A stretch of DNA of 58,924 nucleotides, the filler included, from Bipalium vagum (lineage: Eukaryota): NCBI GenBank assembly GCA_037834085.1. It is 3 parts of 3 records of this genome, joined end to end, with 100 filler letters (N's around TTAATTAATTAA, not from the genome) between each part and the next. Parts side by side here need not be neighbours in the genome. Positions count along the whole stretch, not along the records: positions 35,455 to 58,924 come from JBBMKC010208709.1; 2 more parts are not named here. One strand, written 5' to 3'. Below the pieces are notes generated by a model. That model did not search any database and was not told the DNA's origin. It saw only the letters and a program-made list of their open reading frames with translations. The position numbers and the translations under genes were made by a program. Shown here in pieces: positions 35,569 through 49,313 of the stretch. The first letter of the stretch is position 1. Each line of letters starts with the position of its first letter.

Positions 35569-36635
35569 AAAAAAAAATAAATCAATTCACCGTCAGATAA
35601 TTCTAAACTTATAAAAAACATTTTTAAATATCCACCTGACATTCAGATTTGCATTTGTTCCATTCAATGGCACACAACCCTGGTGAGTCAGCATTTTAAG
35701 ACGTACTAAACAGAATTCAGATTTTTTATTTTAAAGATATGAGAAAATTGTGATTTCTTTTTCCATACAAACGATTCTATTATTAACTGAAAAATCTAAA
35801 ATTTATGCTAGAATAATTTATCAAAAAAAAACTGAACGACATGCAACATCGATTCAATGTCAACAAGATATTTTTTTTATTTACTATTTTAAACTTTTTG
35901 AACTTCTTCGATCAAATAGAATTTCATTTGATTCAGAAATTGTGAAGAGAAATTCATTTGGCACTTAGACATTATGCTGACGTAGTAGGGAAATTACTGT
36001 GAGATGTGACCATATGGTGCCAGTTATAGCAACCCAATTATGATTTTTGTTACAATTAGTTCATATATTCAGCATAGCCTTTGCAACTGGGTCAAACTAT
36101 GAGGGGGATAAAAGTGTAAGACTTAATAATTACACCGACAATCTCCTGGTCACATAAAACCTGACATGCTTTCTATTAATTGACTTGAACGGTCCAGTCA
36201 ACCAAAGAATCTGTAATTAAGTCGAAAGAAAACACTCTTAATTATTGTATTAACATTATATTTGGTTTTGATTTTTTCCAATAATTGTGAAACTTTCTAT
36301 GTGTAAAAAATTCCTTCTTATTTATTTTATTTCCTTTTTTCAGTTTTAATTTTAATTCTTTTATTTAGAAACAAAGGAGAAAAAAGAATTTATTTTTCCT
36401 TTAAACTTTTTTGTGATTGACCTATTGATAAGATTAATAAAATTAAAAGAGAAAATTTAAAAATTCGATCCCACAAAAAATATTAGGAATGCAGAAAATT
36501 TATGAGAAAATATCTATTGATTTTGTTATGGTATTTTTGAAGATTTGAAAATCTTTTATAAAAAATTGATTTTCTGTTTGAATATGTCAATTAATAAATT
36601 TTAGAGAAAATATTGTTTGAAATTTGAATTTAAAA

Positions 36636-36900
36636 TGGCTGACGAAGGTTTTGTGACAAAAGATGTAAGAAATTGTTTGCTATATGAATTCGATTTTGAT
36701 ACAAAGGTTTCATATTTTTTTAAAAATTAAAATCAATCAATAATGATAATCGTGTTTCCCAATGTTATAGTGAGTATAGAAGATTTTGAAATGACCACAA
36801 AAGTCTTGAGGAAGAGTGAAGTTGCGGATAGTTAGTTCACAAGATGTCAATCAATAGAGAAGTCATAAGAGACCATTTACATCAAATCGGAGAGTTTCTT
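36636..36900 (+). mobile_element. Mariner N-terminal fragment
   Basis: MADEGFVTKDVRNCLLYEFD...YRRF*NDHKSLEEE*SCG and HLHQIG. Confidence 0.5.
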
Positions 36901-38334
36901 AAATATTAAAACGAGGGTATTACCGGTGTCTTATAATTAGAAAATTATTTTTTCAAAATCAGAAATCCCTTTAGTGTACCCGGGATATATTAACATGAAA
37001 AACATCCTTATCAAAGTATACGTGATATTCTTTTTGGAGGGATACTGTATTCAGTCTTACGGTCCCCTGGAGATATATAGATTAAATAATGGTTTCTTAT
37101 ATGGAGCACAGGCATTTTTCAATAATTAAGTGCACATTGATTTTATTGAGATATACAGCATTATATTTTCGTTTTATAGTACTTTACTCTTACTTTTTAT
37201 TAAGTCTATTTGTGGATTAAGGAAAGGGCGTCTAGGATAAATCATAAATAATGAGGCACTGCGAATTAGGGGAATATGTGATTTATTACATATTCCTGTC
37301 AATAATTTCCAGAGAAATATTGGAAAATGTATCTGATATCATTGATGAATTGTGACAGAGTAAATAAATGTATGAAATATGAGACCAGACTATAATTACA
37401 ACTCACTTTCCAAGTTCATAAATAAATAATTTTATAATACAATCTTAACTTACTGCTTTAACTTGTTTATATTTATATAAACCGAACTCACGAGATCTGA
37501 CCACTCTACTTTTAGGTTGTGTTTTATCTCACCAATCTTTATCTTAAAAAATATTACACTTAATTCGAAATCTCATCGCAATATAACACAATAATACCCA
37601 CCAAATGTCAATAAGGAACGTGACACAAGCAATAAAATTAAAAATTAAAAATAAATGAATTCCCTAAAAAATATCTAAGTTTATCTGACTCTATATCTAT
37701 TGTATGATTAGGTTCTACAATAAGTCTATGAGTATATCAAATAATATAGCAACACTAAAGTTTATTCAATGTCAACGAAAATCACTACAAGAATATCAAT
37801 ATTAATCACACAGCACCCTATAATCGAATAATAATTAGTCAACACTTCTCTGAATCAAACTCACAAATCGCCTGTATTCTACTAAGATAACACCAACTGT
37901 TTCCCATCCTCACGCTGTTCAACTCTCGACAATATGCCACTAATATAATAAAAGGGTACCTAAGATTGTCAAAGTTTAAATCAATTACCTCTTATAATTA
38001 CAGGCAACATTAGATTCCGAAAAACCGGTATTTATTCCCTTAAAGTCCCTTTGAGCGTAAATCCATTTGCCTAATCAGGAAAATAATTAATTTTTTATTA
38101 ATAATATCTTTTTAAATAATATAATAATATCATTATGAAAATCAATATCTTCATGAATTTGTAATTCATATATATTTATTATACATTATTTACGAATAAA
38201 ATTTAAAAGGATTTGTGTGAATTAACAAATTCAAGTGGAAATTCAGTTTTCAAATTTGTTTCTAATAAATGATTAAAGTAGAGCCTGATTTTTATTACAA
38301 TCATAATATCTAATATCATAATAAAAATCTTATA

Positions 38335-38475
38335 NNNNNNNNNNNNNNNNNNNNNNNNNNNNNNNNNNNNNNNNNNNNNNNNNNNNNNNNNNNNNNNNNN
38401 NNNNNNNNNNNNNNNNNNNNNNNNNNNNNNNNNNNNNNNNNNNNNNNNNNNNNNNNNNNNNNNNNNNNNNNNNNN
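38335..38475. other. Scaffold gap (141 N)
   Basis: Plain N run without linker. Confidence 0.95.
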
Positions 38476-38949
38476 GAATATTGATAATATTTGGAAAATT
38501 AATTATATCGAGCCAGTGACCTTAAGATGGCTGTTTAATCGTTTTAATTATACTTGTTATAATTGTGTTACTTCCTGATACATTCTTGATATGGAAGAGT
38601 CAATGGACTCTACATTGAAAACCTTTTTATATTGAACGGCCTCTCTTTTTGACTAGATAACATTTTTAGTTTTCATAAATAATCAATCAAAGTCGGCCTC
38701 GTTTTGGAGTAAATAAAATATTATTTATTCATGATATTTACAGACCTTTTATATTATATTCAACAGTGACTTTTTGTTTTAATGGATCTGAACGAAAGTT
38801 TTTGTTTTCATGTCCCGGAGTGCGTAAAATCGTATGTTTTCTGAAATTTATTATTTTATTTTATTTATATTATATTATTTTTAAAATATATATATTCTTT
38901 ATTTATTTATTTTTAAAGAAACCACTTAATATTTACCAAATATTAATTC

Positions 38950-39180
38950 TATATTTTTATTGGCCGTGAACTAGATGGTTTGATGAGTGGCATTAGAGAT
39001 AGTGTTATTATCTTAAAGAATAATATATCGATTCCGACTGTTCTCTCTCTAATTTTGGAAATCATCTGTGGTAAGCAATATTGTGCATACCAATCCCCAT
39101 TGGCAGGTCTTTGATAATCTAAAGTTAACTTTGCAACATGCCCTTTTAAACAAAAGGAACGGGCAATCTTTTCTTGCAAC
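38950..39180 (-). mobile_element. Mariner catalytic-domain fragment
   Basis: GHVAKLTLDYQRPANGDWYAQYCLPQMISKIRE resembles mariner GHVATxxLExRRTVNAxWYxxxCLP. Confidence 0.6.
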
Positions 39181-39539
39181 GCTGCGGGACAGAACGGTTT
39201 TTATTGGTTTGGATTCACCTTTAAATACCCAAACAGTGGATTTTAGCTTACTTTCACTATCATTAAGACAGACGACAATCTACAAAACTTTGTCACCACC
39301 AAGGACTAACCTCAAGAACTGTAACAGAACCGCGTCGGATTTCAAATTACTTAAAATTTCAAAGTAAGAAGCGGTAGGAATAAGACTTTAACTTAAACTT
39401 TATCTTATACTTTACCATCGAAGAGGACCATAGAATGGGTTAAACTATAGATCTTAAAAACAATAATAAGAAGTATTAATACAAATTATCAGACGGGTTG
39501 ATAATCGATGAAAATCAAGAAAAGAGAAGTAACCTTTCT

Positions 39540-39800
39540 TTTGCTCAATTACGAGGAACACACTTTAATCATAGAGCAGGTAACATCAAAAGACAAAATG
39601 GTAGAAATAGTTTTTCGGTAAACATCTTTCCGAACGTTGAGCCTTTCCACCAACAACCAGATAATAGCTAACTGTGATCTCCAGAAAACATCGACCAGGG
39701 AATTCAACTTCAGCCTCTCCAACGCAGCGGATATCTTATAAATACTGAAGTGTGTGAAAAAGGTTGCTCTGTACACAATTTCACACTGACTCTGAAAATC
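39540..39800 (-). mobile_element. Possible Penelope-like RT N-terminal relic
   Basis: SLVDVFWRSQLAIIWLLVERL...ILSFDVTCSM resembles PLE RPIxD...LAKWL...xxSFDVxSLF, but is very degenerate. Confidence 0.3.
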
Positions 39801-39859
39801 GAGGAGGTTAAATCAAAGAAGGAAGATCTCTTTATCTGTTTCATCGATATTCTGGATAC

Positions 39860-40490
39860 ATATGGAAATAGTCTCCATCGCTGTCAATGACAAGTCTCCA
39901 TTTACAAACAAGATTTTCTATTTATGATTTATTAAATCCTGAAGTTTTACTTTTGAAAAAGGCTCTTTTAAGCAACCTCTAAGGAAATAGATCTTTTTCA
40001 AGCCAAGCAGCGTTACATCGACCTGAAAAGCGAATATTTAGAAGTTTATAGTTTTCCTGTTATTTTGGCAATATGTGGCATAGTAATCTCATGTTGCAAG
40101 ATAACCCCTTTTCTAATTGCCAATGCCGGTGGTTTTTCTGGACTTTTTTTAGACGGGTTGTTTGATCACAATAGTCCGCTTGTAGCAGTTCATAGTGGAT
40201 AACACCAGATATTCCTCACTAATGTACAAAAGCAGTTTCTTTCCTCTGAAATTGGACGCTACCAATGACCGTGAGCCTTAATCTTTTCGTTTAGGATTCC
40301 TAGTAACAATACGATTCAATATTCGAACCTTTGATGCCTGGAAACCATTGTTGTATAGCCATTTGTCCTACTTTGATGTTTAACCAATTGTCCATAGATG
40401 TTAGGATATTGTCACTGCATTCAAGCTCTTTATAGTCTCTGTCTCACTCAAAGTTTGCTGTGGATATTCCTCAATTAGTGGCCCTTCATT
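39860..40490 (-). mobile_element. Decayed mariner transposase
   Basis: ILNRIVT, SGVIHYELL, ALAIRKGVILQHE and C-terminal IENLVCKWRLVIDSDGDYF. Confidence 0.62.
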
Positions 40491-41315
40491 GACATCAGAA
40501 AAGTCCAGATCGTTATCGGCCATCTAAATCGAAATTTCCTTCCGCAGATCTGGAAAATCAACGTTCATCTGTTCGGACATTGATCTGGACAATTAAAACA
40601 ACTGAATTGATTTCATTGATGAAAAAAATTATAATGAAGAAAGAAAATGTTTTTCAAAAATATATAAATAAATAAATAAATAAAATAAATAATTGACACG
40701 ATCTGATTCGAATATTTATCTTAGGACTAAAAATTGTCAACGATTTCCCAGGATTAATTAATGATTATATAAACGACTTCTCAGATGAAGAGGGATTAAG
40801 AGGATGACAAAACTTAAGAAATGTGATTAATCAAAGAAACTTAAATAAATATGATCATATTTGTGCTCTTATCAATTTTAATTTATTCCTCAACAATTGG
40901 AAGCTTTTGTTTTAATATATCTACAATTAAATATTTTTAAAATTTTGTTTAAATGAATCATTTTTGGTATCATTTTCTTTTTCAAAATTATCATATAAAA
41001 AAAAACACTGAACAATTCAAAAAAATTTTAAAAATTTAAAAAGTAATATTATTTATTTATTTTAAAAATAATTTTTGTTTAAATCATCATTTTATTTTCA
41101 TCGCACTTGCAATGAAATGAAAATAAAATTATTTTTCTTTATTTCATAATAAATTTGTTTAAATTATGAAAAAAATTGAAAAGACAAATTAAAAAATTTC
41201 GAAAATTTATTTCTTTTTGATAAAAGGAACATTTTTTCTCATTTCTTTAAAGTGATCAAAAATTCTTTTTTATTCCACTCAAAATTGTCAAGTAATAATA
41301 AAGTTCATGTTCAAA

Positions 41316-42130
41316 GGATCATGTTTTTTTTGACCGGTCTGTTTCATCAAGTCTCTTTTTTTGACTGAGCTCAATTTTGTCATGTTGATAATAAAGAAAT
41401 AAATATTAAATCAATAAACAGCGCAGTGATTGGTGTTCCATCTCATGTATTTATGTTTTAAGAGAAAACAGTCTGTTATTCCTATCCGGTAATTTATGAT
41501 AATATTAATGATTTTAGATAAACGCTATGATTTTGGCACGTTATTCAAGGAATGCACATCAAAAAGAAACACTGATTGTGTTGCATAAATCACAGTAGAT
41601 ATTTTTCTATTAGATGAAAATCCTTTTTTGAGAAATTCAAAATACCTCTAAATAAATTGGTCCATTTATTACATTTATGGACTCTTGTCAGATCACAAAA
41701 GTCAGTTACTGAAGGCACGGGCGTTTCAAAATCTGTCGTTATTAATTTCTATGCAGAAATGAGGAAAATATGTGAGATTATTTTCTTGAAAATTATGTTC
41801 ATCGAACTGTCAACCACAAGATGAATTTTGCTGAAAGGGAGACCGGTGCTCACACGCAAAGATTTGAATCGATTTGGAAGAAACTGAAGATTAAGATTGT
41901 GTCAATGAAGAGCTTCTATGGTAATCTCTTTGAATTATATCTAAATGAATGAATGTGGCTCCAAAATATTAAATCGATAAACTGCGAATCATTTTTTTAC
42001 TTAATAAATTTTTAAATAGAAAATTATTTATTTTTGTCATTTTTTTGTGATTCGTCTCAGGTCTCATTTTTGACCGGTCAATCGTATCAAGTCTTTTTTT
42101 GACCGAGTCGGTCAAAGAAAAACATGATCC
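41316..42130 (+). mobile_element. Merlin (IS1016/ISXO2-like) DNA transposon, internally deleted
   Basis: TIRs GGATCATGTTTTTTTTGACCG and CGGTCAAAGAAAAACATGATCC. Encodes KSFFEKFKIPL..LLHLW, GVSKSVVINFYAEMRKICE and YVHRTVNHKMNFAERETGAHTQRFESIWKKLK, matching the Merlin HxTVNHSxxFVxxxTGxHTxxIExxW motif. Confidence 0.82.
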
Positions 42131-42479
42131 TAAAGTTCTAATTTCACCATTTTTTTAAAATTAAAAATTATATTATTTTTATTGGATTGCACTTATTATT
42201 TGAAGTACATCACATTTTAACTGTAAAGGTCAAATAAAAAATATTTTGAAAAAACTGTTCCTAAGTAAGAGTCATGATAAAAAATTATTAATTAGAATGG
42301 AAAATTTTTCATTTTTACAATTTATTTGATTTTTCAAAATACATTGACCACAACTTAAACTTCTTTTCATTTTTTATTGATTTTAATTGTAAAAACTAAG
42401 TTTTGGGCATTATTGTTTTTCTTTTAAAATGTATAATATAATATAATTTTAAAAATCAATAAAAAGTTTTCCATGGTTA

Positions 42480-43620
42480 TATTAGGCTGTTTAAAAGTCG
42501 TGAAACATTTTTTTAATCTTTAAAATCTATTTTTCTATAGAAAGGCAAAAATCAGTCAGTTAGATGTGTCCCATTTTGTTAGATGAACTCTTTTCATATT
42601 TTAATGAGTTTTAAAATTCTACGTTTATTAAATGCCTTAGCTTTTTTGCCGAAAAATAGAGTAATGTACAGTTCCAAAGCCTCATCTGTAGAATTGAACC
42701 GTATGGAATTTTGAGAAATACGTGCAAGTCTGACTGCGTAAGGTCAGGTGAATATGATGACTGTGCCCAATTCAAACTGTAATATTTTTTGATGGATCCA
42801 ATTGCCGAAAGTACCCTATATAATTTATAGTTGTATTCCTTGGAAGGATCTTAAAATAGACAACATCTTTTCATAATTTTGATAATTTCATTTAATTATA
42901 AGATATTAGTATAATTATTATAATGCTGTAACAATACCGTATCATGTCTTTTGGAATAGACTGGCTGTTTTCCGTGCATCACTTGTCTTAATTTTTGTCT
43001 TTGCTGTCGATCAAGTCGGCCATCAATACTTTCACGTTTGTTCAGTTGCTTAAAATAAATAATACCTCTTTGATCCAAAAAATAGACAATATCACCTCGT
43101 CTCTTTTTGGTGTTAACTTTCCGCATTGACCAGGCTTCATCCATAATTTTTTTCCGGATTTTCATAGATAATCAATTTTTCATCACAAGTAATAATGACA
43201 TGATAAAAGGACTTTTCCCTTTGCCTGTTGAGCAGTCTGATAACTTTCTAATCATTTTGTGATACATGCTGCTCTCAATGAATGAACCAATTATTTCTAG
43301 ACTTTCTGTTTGTATCAAATGGCTTTTAATCATCAGTTTATGTTAGATTTGTTTATTTTTATGACTTCTGACATTGGGTTAATTGTTAGGATCAATCTTT
43401 GATCCACACCTTTTCCAAGTTTTCATTTGAAAAGTTTTTTACCTTGACCTTGACGTTGTTTATCCTGCAAATCAAAGTCACTCATTTTAAAATACCGAAA
43501 CTAATCTTGACAGCATGTTTCATATATAAAACGGTTTCCATAAGGTTCTCTAAGCATTCTATGACTGAGAGTTTCCAGTTCCAACGTCTGCAGTTAGAGC
43601 ATCGTTACTTTGGCAATGTG
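42480..43620 (-). mobile_element. Near full-length decayed mariner
   Basis: IITCDEKLIIYENP, DQRGIIYFKQL...RHDTVLLQHYN, a YSPDL-like segment, and terminal TATTAGGCTGTTTAAAAGTCGTG. Confidence 0.68.
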
Positions 43621-44362
43621 GTCAAACGTTGTCTTGCGAGAGAATTGTTTTATCTCGATTGACTAATCTCGCTTGCTTAAAAGCGAACAACTTCAACATG
43701 TCCTTTAATTGGGTGCAGTATGTTTATGCTGCAATAGATTTTCTTGTTTTGAAAGGGTTTAGTGGATAATACTAGTGCGATTATCATGATTTTCTTTTGG
43801 TTAACGTTTGATTTTGGACCAGGTACAAAGAATAATAATAATTTTAATTTACTAAAAGAATAATGAATTTCTCTATAAAATAAATTTTAACAAAACTGAC
43901 AATTACCAATATTTATAAAACATTGATCAGAAATATAATAATCACAACATTAAACGAATTCATTAATTGTTCACCTAAATTAATCAAGAATGTATTTTCC
44001 TTTTTAATTACAAAAATTGTCATTATTCAAATCAGTTTTTTCAATAATTTGTTTAACTGAAACACTTTCTTCACCGTCTACGCGAAAACACATTATCGAG
44101 GATATTAATAATGCTTAATCACTTTTTTCACCTATCGTCGAATGGGTGGATTTGTTGACCAATGATGATCGTTCTTTGCATCGATATTCCCTCTGACGAT
44201 GTGCAGCAAGAAAACAGGATGCACAAATCGAAGCCAAGTCAATAATTTCTGTGGAACCGAAACAGTAATTAACGTTCAGAAAATCGTTTTGCCATCGAAA
44301 TGGAAATTGTTTTTGCTCCATATTCCTCAATATTCCATGGTCGCTTTTGACAAATAACAACA

Positions 44363-44702
44363 ATGAATGTCGTTTGGAATTGTATCATTTGGATTTTTTG
44401 CTGCTCATTGTGGATTTTGTCGAAAATTGTGACAGCCGAAAACATTGTTGATAACGATGATATCTTTTTGGTTGGATTGTCCAAATTTTATTTGCATGGC
44501 AATGTGAACAGTTATTTCGGCTATTCTATCGCTTCATATGTGGGACAGGATAAAGCCTATTGTATCGTTGGTGCTCCTCGAGATGAGACTGATGATGACG
44601 GTGCAGATAGAAACTCCAACACTGGCTCGGTTTATCGAATTTCCTTTGAACATGACGATTGTTCCAATGTTCCCATGTATCAGGCAGAGTCTAATTTGGG
44701 AA
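44363..44702 (+). CDS. Integrin alpha subunit, exon 1 (signal peptide and propeller blade 1); gene 44363->57976, 3'-incomplete
   Basis: Signal peptide MNVVWNCIIWIFCCSLWILSKIVTA; NSYFGYSIA...CIVGAPR...TGSVY is an FG-GAP repeat. Donor A|GTAAG (phase 1). In-frame TGA just upstream of the ATG. Confidence 0.88.
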
Positions 44703-45319
44703 GTAAGGTTTTTGATGTAAACATATTTATACCTAAGATTGTGAGATAATATTTTAAAATCAATCTATTAGGTCCATCAATAGTCAAAATTCTTTATTCA
44801 ATTATGAGTACCTTACTCTTTTTTATAATTTAATTTTCTCATCAAATATTTAAATGATATTTCGTTTAAAAAAGATACAAACAGAACTTAAACTTAAGAA
44901 TTGTTCAACAGCAAAACATTTTTTATGTTCGTCACTGTGTCCCATAAGTGAATACAAGCAAGGAAAAAATAATAAGAGTACACTAATAGTTATTTTCAAT
45001 TTTCGAAAAAGATATAGTGATCTATGTGCATAATGGTTGCAGAACACCGTATTAGATACACACTTCCAACCACTGGGAACTAGCTATAAGTAGCTTGACA
45101 ACGTCTTTGAATCAAAACAGCCATTTTTTATAGTAAGAAATTCAATAGCTCCGTCAGATTTCTTAAAGCAACAAAAAACAATCTTTTTTAAAAAAAGCTG
45201 AAGTTTGAATAAAAAATGGATTACCTAATGTGGAGGCATCATTTCTTTTCAACCAAATTCATTCAATCTTAGTCAATGTCGGAATTAGTTTGATGATTTT
45301 TCACTCAAATATAAGCAAA

Positions 45320-45803
45320 ATCTGGTCATCCACTATATGACAACAACGACGAGATCAAAACCTAATCATGAGTATCGTTACAAAACAAGGCCTAATAATT
45401 GTGCTATGTTATGAGTTTGGAGGGGTTGTCAAGGAATCGTATATATCGGAATTTTATTACGCAGGAAAAGTATTAATTCCAGTATATACATTGATTAGTT
45501 GATAAAATTAAACACAGAAATCCAAATGAAAATCGCATATACTTCTCTGGCCACTCGGTAAAAATTATTGAACCTAAGTTGAGGCGTATTGTGATATCCA
45601 CCATATAAATCAGACATCACTCTTTTCGATTACTATTTTTTTCGTTCTGTGGAAAACTTACCAATGATGATGACGTCAAATCTGACTTATTACAGTTTTT
45701 TTACAGATAAATCAAAGAGATTTTTGAGCTTCCTGGATGATGGCAACAAGTCGCTGATATCAATAAAAAATTTTGGCTTTTGTTTCTTCCGGCCAACCTA
45801 ATA
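45320..45803 (+). mobile_element. Mariner 3' half in integrin intron 1 (family of 21290 and 27389)
   Basis: DYYFFRSVEN..NDDDVKSDLLQFF and right TIR ...CCGGCCAACCTAATA. Confidence 0.7.
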
Positions 45804-46660
45804 ATTTGAGCATTCATTTTTTTAATAATTATAAGGAATTAATAGAAATTAATAGGAAAGGTCTAAATTTTTATGATAATCCTCGTATTGAGCTGCTGGC
45901 ATTCCGGTAAATATCCAATTCAAATTTAGATCATCTTTTTGTTAAGGAATAAATATTAATATATAATTTATATTTTTATAATCATTATGTAAAGTTTTTT
46001 ATCATTATATTATAAGTTAAAATAATATATATTGTTACTAATATATTTAGAAAACATTTTTTTGAATTAATAATAATATTTTAAAGATATTTTAAAATTA
46101 TATGTTTTTTTATTTACTGAAATTAAGAAATCTTACTTCATAATAAAGAGCAAAAGGTAACATAAAAGAGTATCATGATTGAGAACACAAAATAGCTATT
46201 AATATTTTATCCTAATTATCTCGAAATTTACGAATAAGACAATATGTATTTGCACAGTTTTAACTTGTGAGGTGTTATAGCAAGTATTTTCTTCTCTTAA
46301 CAACTTTATTAAGATTGATTAAAATCGATTCAAATAATGTCTTCACCTTGTATCTTTGCTATCAAGTTTGATAACTGATTTAAAATCAAATGTGTTTGTT
46401 GATCAAGTTTAAAAAAACTATTTGTTTGTTCAGCTGACTTTTCCTCAATAAATTCTAAGAGAAAACAGTTTGGAAAATAAAACTTGAAATATTTAGCAAA
46501 AATATTATTCAGAGTTGTCAAAAACATCTGTAAAAACAGAGAAAATCAATCAGATTAATTTATATTGTTTATTTTGTTTTAATTTACATGATATTTTTGT
46601 TTGTTTAATTGATCTAATGATTCTGGTGAAATTCAATGTCATTGAAGTTTATCATTTCAG

Positions 46661-46909
46661 CTTCAAATTGGCTAGGGGGTAGTGTAGCCACGGCAATAAA
46701 TGGAATGGATGGTGTTCAAATTGGCTGTGATCCTAGATATTTATCTAAAACGTCGTATGGTGTAAATAGGTCTGAACAACAGCTACTTGGTACAGGTCAA
46801 TGCAGTCTATACACAGGATCATCTTTAAGATACATCCCAATTCAAGCATGTTCTGCTATCGATGAAGGGGCTTGTTTGTCAGGATTTAGTTCAAGTATTT
46901 TAGCCGACG
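46661..46909 (+). CDS. Integrin alpha, exon 2 (blades 2-3)
   Basis: Acceptor TTTCAG|CT (phase 1); NWLGGSVA...IGCDPRY...GQCSL...GACLSGFSSSI; donor G|GTAAAA. No I-domain insertion. Confidence 0.87.
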
Positions 46910-48239
46910 GTAAAATTTTTCTATCTCTGCTTTTGTTGTTCCTTTGAAATTGTTTATTTAATTTACTCTTTAAAAGGATTTTTCCTAGAATTGTTGTCAA
47001 GTTTCTAGGAAAAGAATTTAATTTCAATTCAACTTTTTTCATGTTAAATAACTTTTACTGAAGTATTGCTGTAAAACAGTTCACATAATCAAAAAATTTC
47101 CAGCTTAATTTAACAGATTATTTTTTTCCTTTTTGATATGTCTTTTTGTGTGTAATCAAAATATGATTTTCAGTTATTTTACTTTTTTACAATTTTAAGT
47201 GAAACAGCATATATTATAAGTTTCAAAAAGGTGTGATTTCCTTGATGACAAACCTTAAAATAACGGCGACACCGACACCCATTTCCTAAATTTTTCAGCA
47301 TTGATTTTATATTAAATGATGAAGCTCTTCCAATAAATGCCAACGGTGACCAAATCAATGCATTAATTATGAATGATTCTCTCAACACCAGGATTTATCA
47401 CTTACATCTACTGAAAATCAGAAAAAAATTTTCCTTACAAAAAATCTTCTTGACCTTCTTATTATCTTGAAGGGGATTTCTTATTAGCTCCAATTTTAGT
47501 CAAATATGCTTATCCATGTGAAGGGATTACTGAAACTTTGTGTATTTTCATATTTTTATTAATTTTTAATACTAATCATATAGCTCGGATCTGACGACTT
47601 TAGATGACCACTTACTCACTCTATGTGAAACGTCTTTAAATTTAAGAATTGCCATTAGAATTTTTTTTGCGTTTTATACAATCGGGATAAGTGAATTTCA
47701 TGAACGTCAAAAAGGGATACTCAATGAAAATGACACAAATTTATCAATAATTTTGACGGTATTTTTTGTCTTTCGCTCGAAAAATATGCCGAAAATCCAT
47801 ATCTCTGATTTGAAGAACTGAAATATATTAATTTTTAATGCCAAAACTGTCAGATATTTATCATCCACTGGGATTATCTTTCAGTTTAAAATACATGTAT
47901 AGTTAAAATTAAGGTATTCTTCAGGTGAACCTCTCTTTGTACTTTGGCGTTTTTTGAAACTTGGTATTTAAACAATTTTTCATGAATTCCGACTAGTCGT
48001 TTTATTTTAATCTATATTCTATGGGTAAATTATATTTAGACGCCTAAGTTTAGTTTCTTTTATAATTTTACGACTTCCACTTGGTCATGATATAAGACTA
48101 TATGAAAAATTATCCTTCATAAAAATGTTATGCGTGTTGAATCAATGTTTTATATATTTAATTGAAACAAAGTTCGTTTAAATTTGTATTGAAATTTGAT
48201 GGAAGTTTTCGGTTTTTGAATTTTGGTAATTATTGTAAT

Positions 48240-48670
48240 AAATTCTGTTGAATACGGAAGTGTGATAATTTCTTGGTGAAGCTTGGAATTGTACGGCTCA
48301 CTTTGTTCATCGAAATCAAAAATATATTTTTCGATTTGAGTGTTCAACCATGTCAGAGCAAGTGTTTTCGATGATGAAAAACCTGGGCAGCTTATTGAAA
48401 TTGATAAAGAGAATTTAAGGAAAGGATGTCTGGACGTCATTAAGGATGACAAGAGAATCGCGCTGAACGATCTGGCGAAGCAGATAAATGTTATGGACTA
48501 GTTAGTATGTAGCTTTTGGAAACTCTCATCGCGTTTTGTGCCTCAATTTCTCACTGCCGAGATGTGTGACCTGAATCTTGTAAATTGTCAGCAAAAGCTT
48601 GATTTCTTCAGAAAGAAATACCCAGGAATTTCTTAGAAAACTATTTACAATGAACAAAACTCTTCTGAGT
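48240..48670 (+). mobile_element. Mariner 5' fragment related to 2900-4082
   Basis: SVFDDEKPGQLIEI and KLSSRFVPQFLTAEMCD, versus KPGRPVEI and KLCSSFVPRFLTGEMQ in the other copy. Confidence 0.7.
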
Positions 48671-48949
48671 TAATATATTGGAGGCGGAATTAATCTGGAC
48701 AACATAATTTTTTGTATCATCTAATTACATTTACAAATACAATCTACATTATTTTCAAACAACAAGCAGATAAATGGGTAATAATAACATTTTGGTAATG
48801 TTAATAAGAAATATGTTGACCTTTAGCTCTCATTAAAATTTTGATTCAAAAAGGCATACTATCGATCAAATTTTTACAAAAATCATCAATTTTAGGATTG
48901 GTCCACCAACAATGATCCAGCCCAATGTAAAAGAGCAATTTTATTTTCA

Positions 48950-49313
48950 GATCCTATCATTAATCAGCCAAAACACAAAAAAGCTAATGGATTATTTTCA
49001 CGACTATGTCACTCCAAGCTTATGGTCATTTTAGCTCACCAAACTTTAATCAATCGGGCTATTTCGTTTTTTATTACACATTCTCACAATAACAGTAATT
49101 CATTGAGGGTTAATAAAATTTCAATACCAATTGATCAAGGTATGTAGGCATTAAGAAACCGTGATAACGAAATAATTGATTCAAAAGGATGATTTATTGT
49201 GTTTCTAAAGTAATTCGGTTGTTAAAAATTATGAAACTTTTTATAATTTCCTTTCAAAATATTACTTAACGTTAAAACCGTAATTTATTCTCAACTTCCT
49301 GGCACCCCCTGTA
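48950..49313 (+). mobile_element. maT-like 3' fragment
   Basis: DYFHDYVTPSLW..SPNFN-like segment; ends ...GCACCCCCTGTA. Confidence 0.45.
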
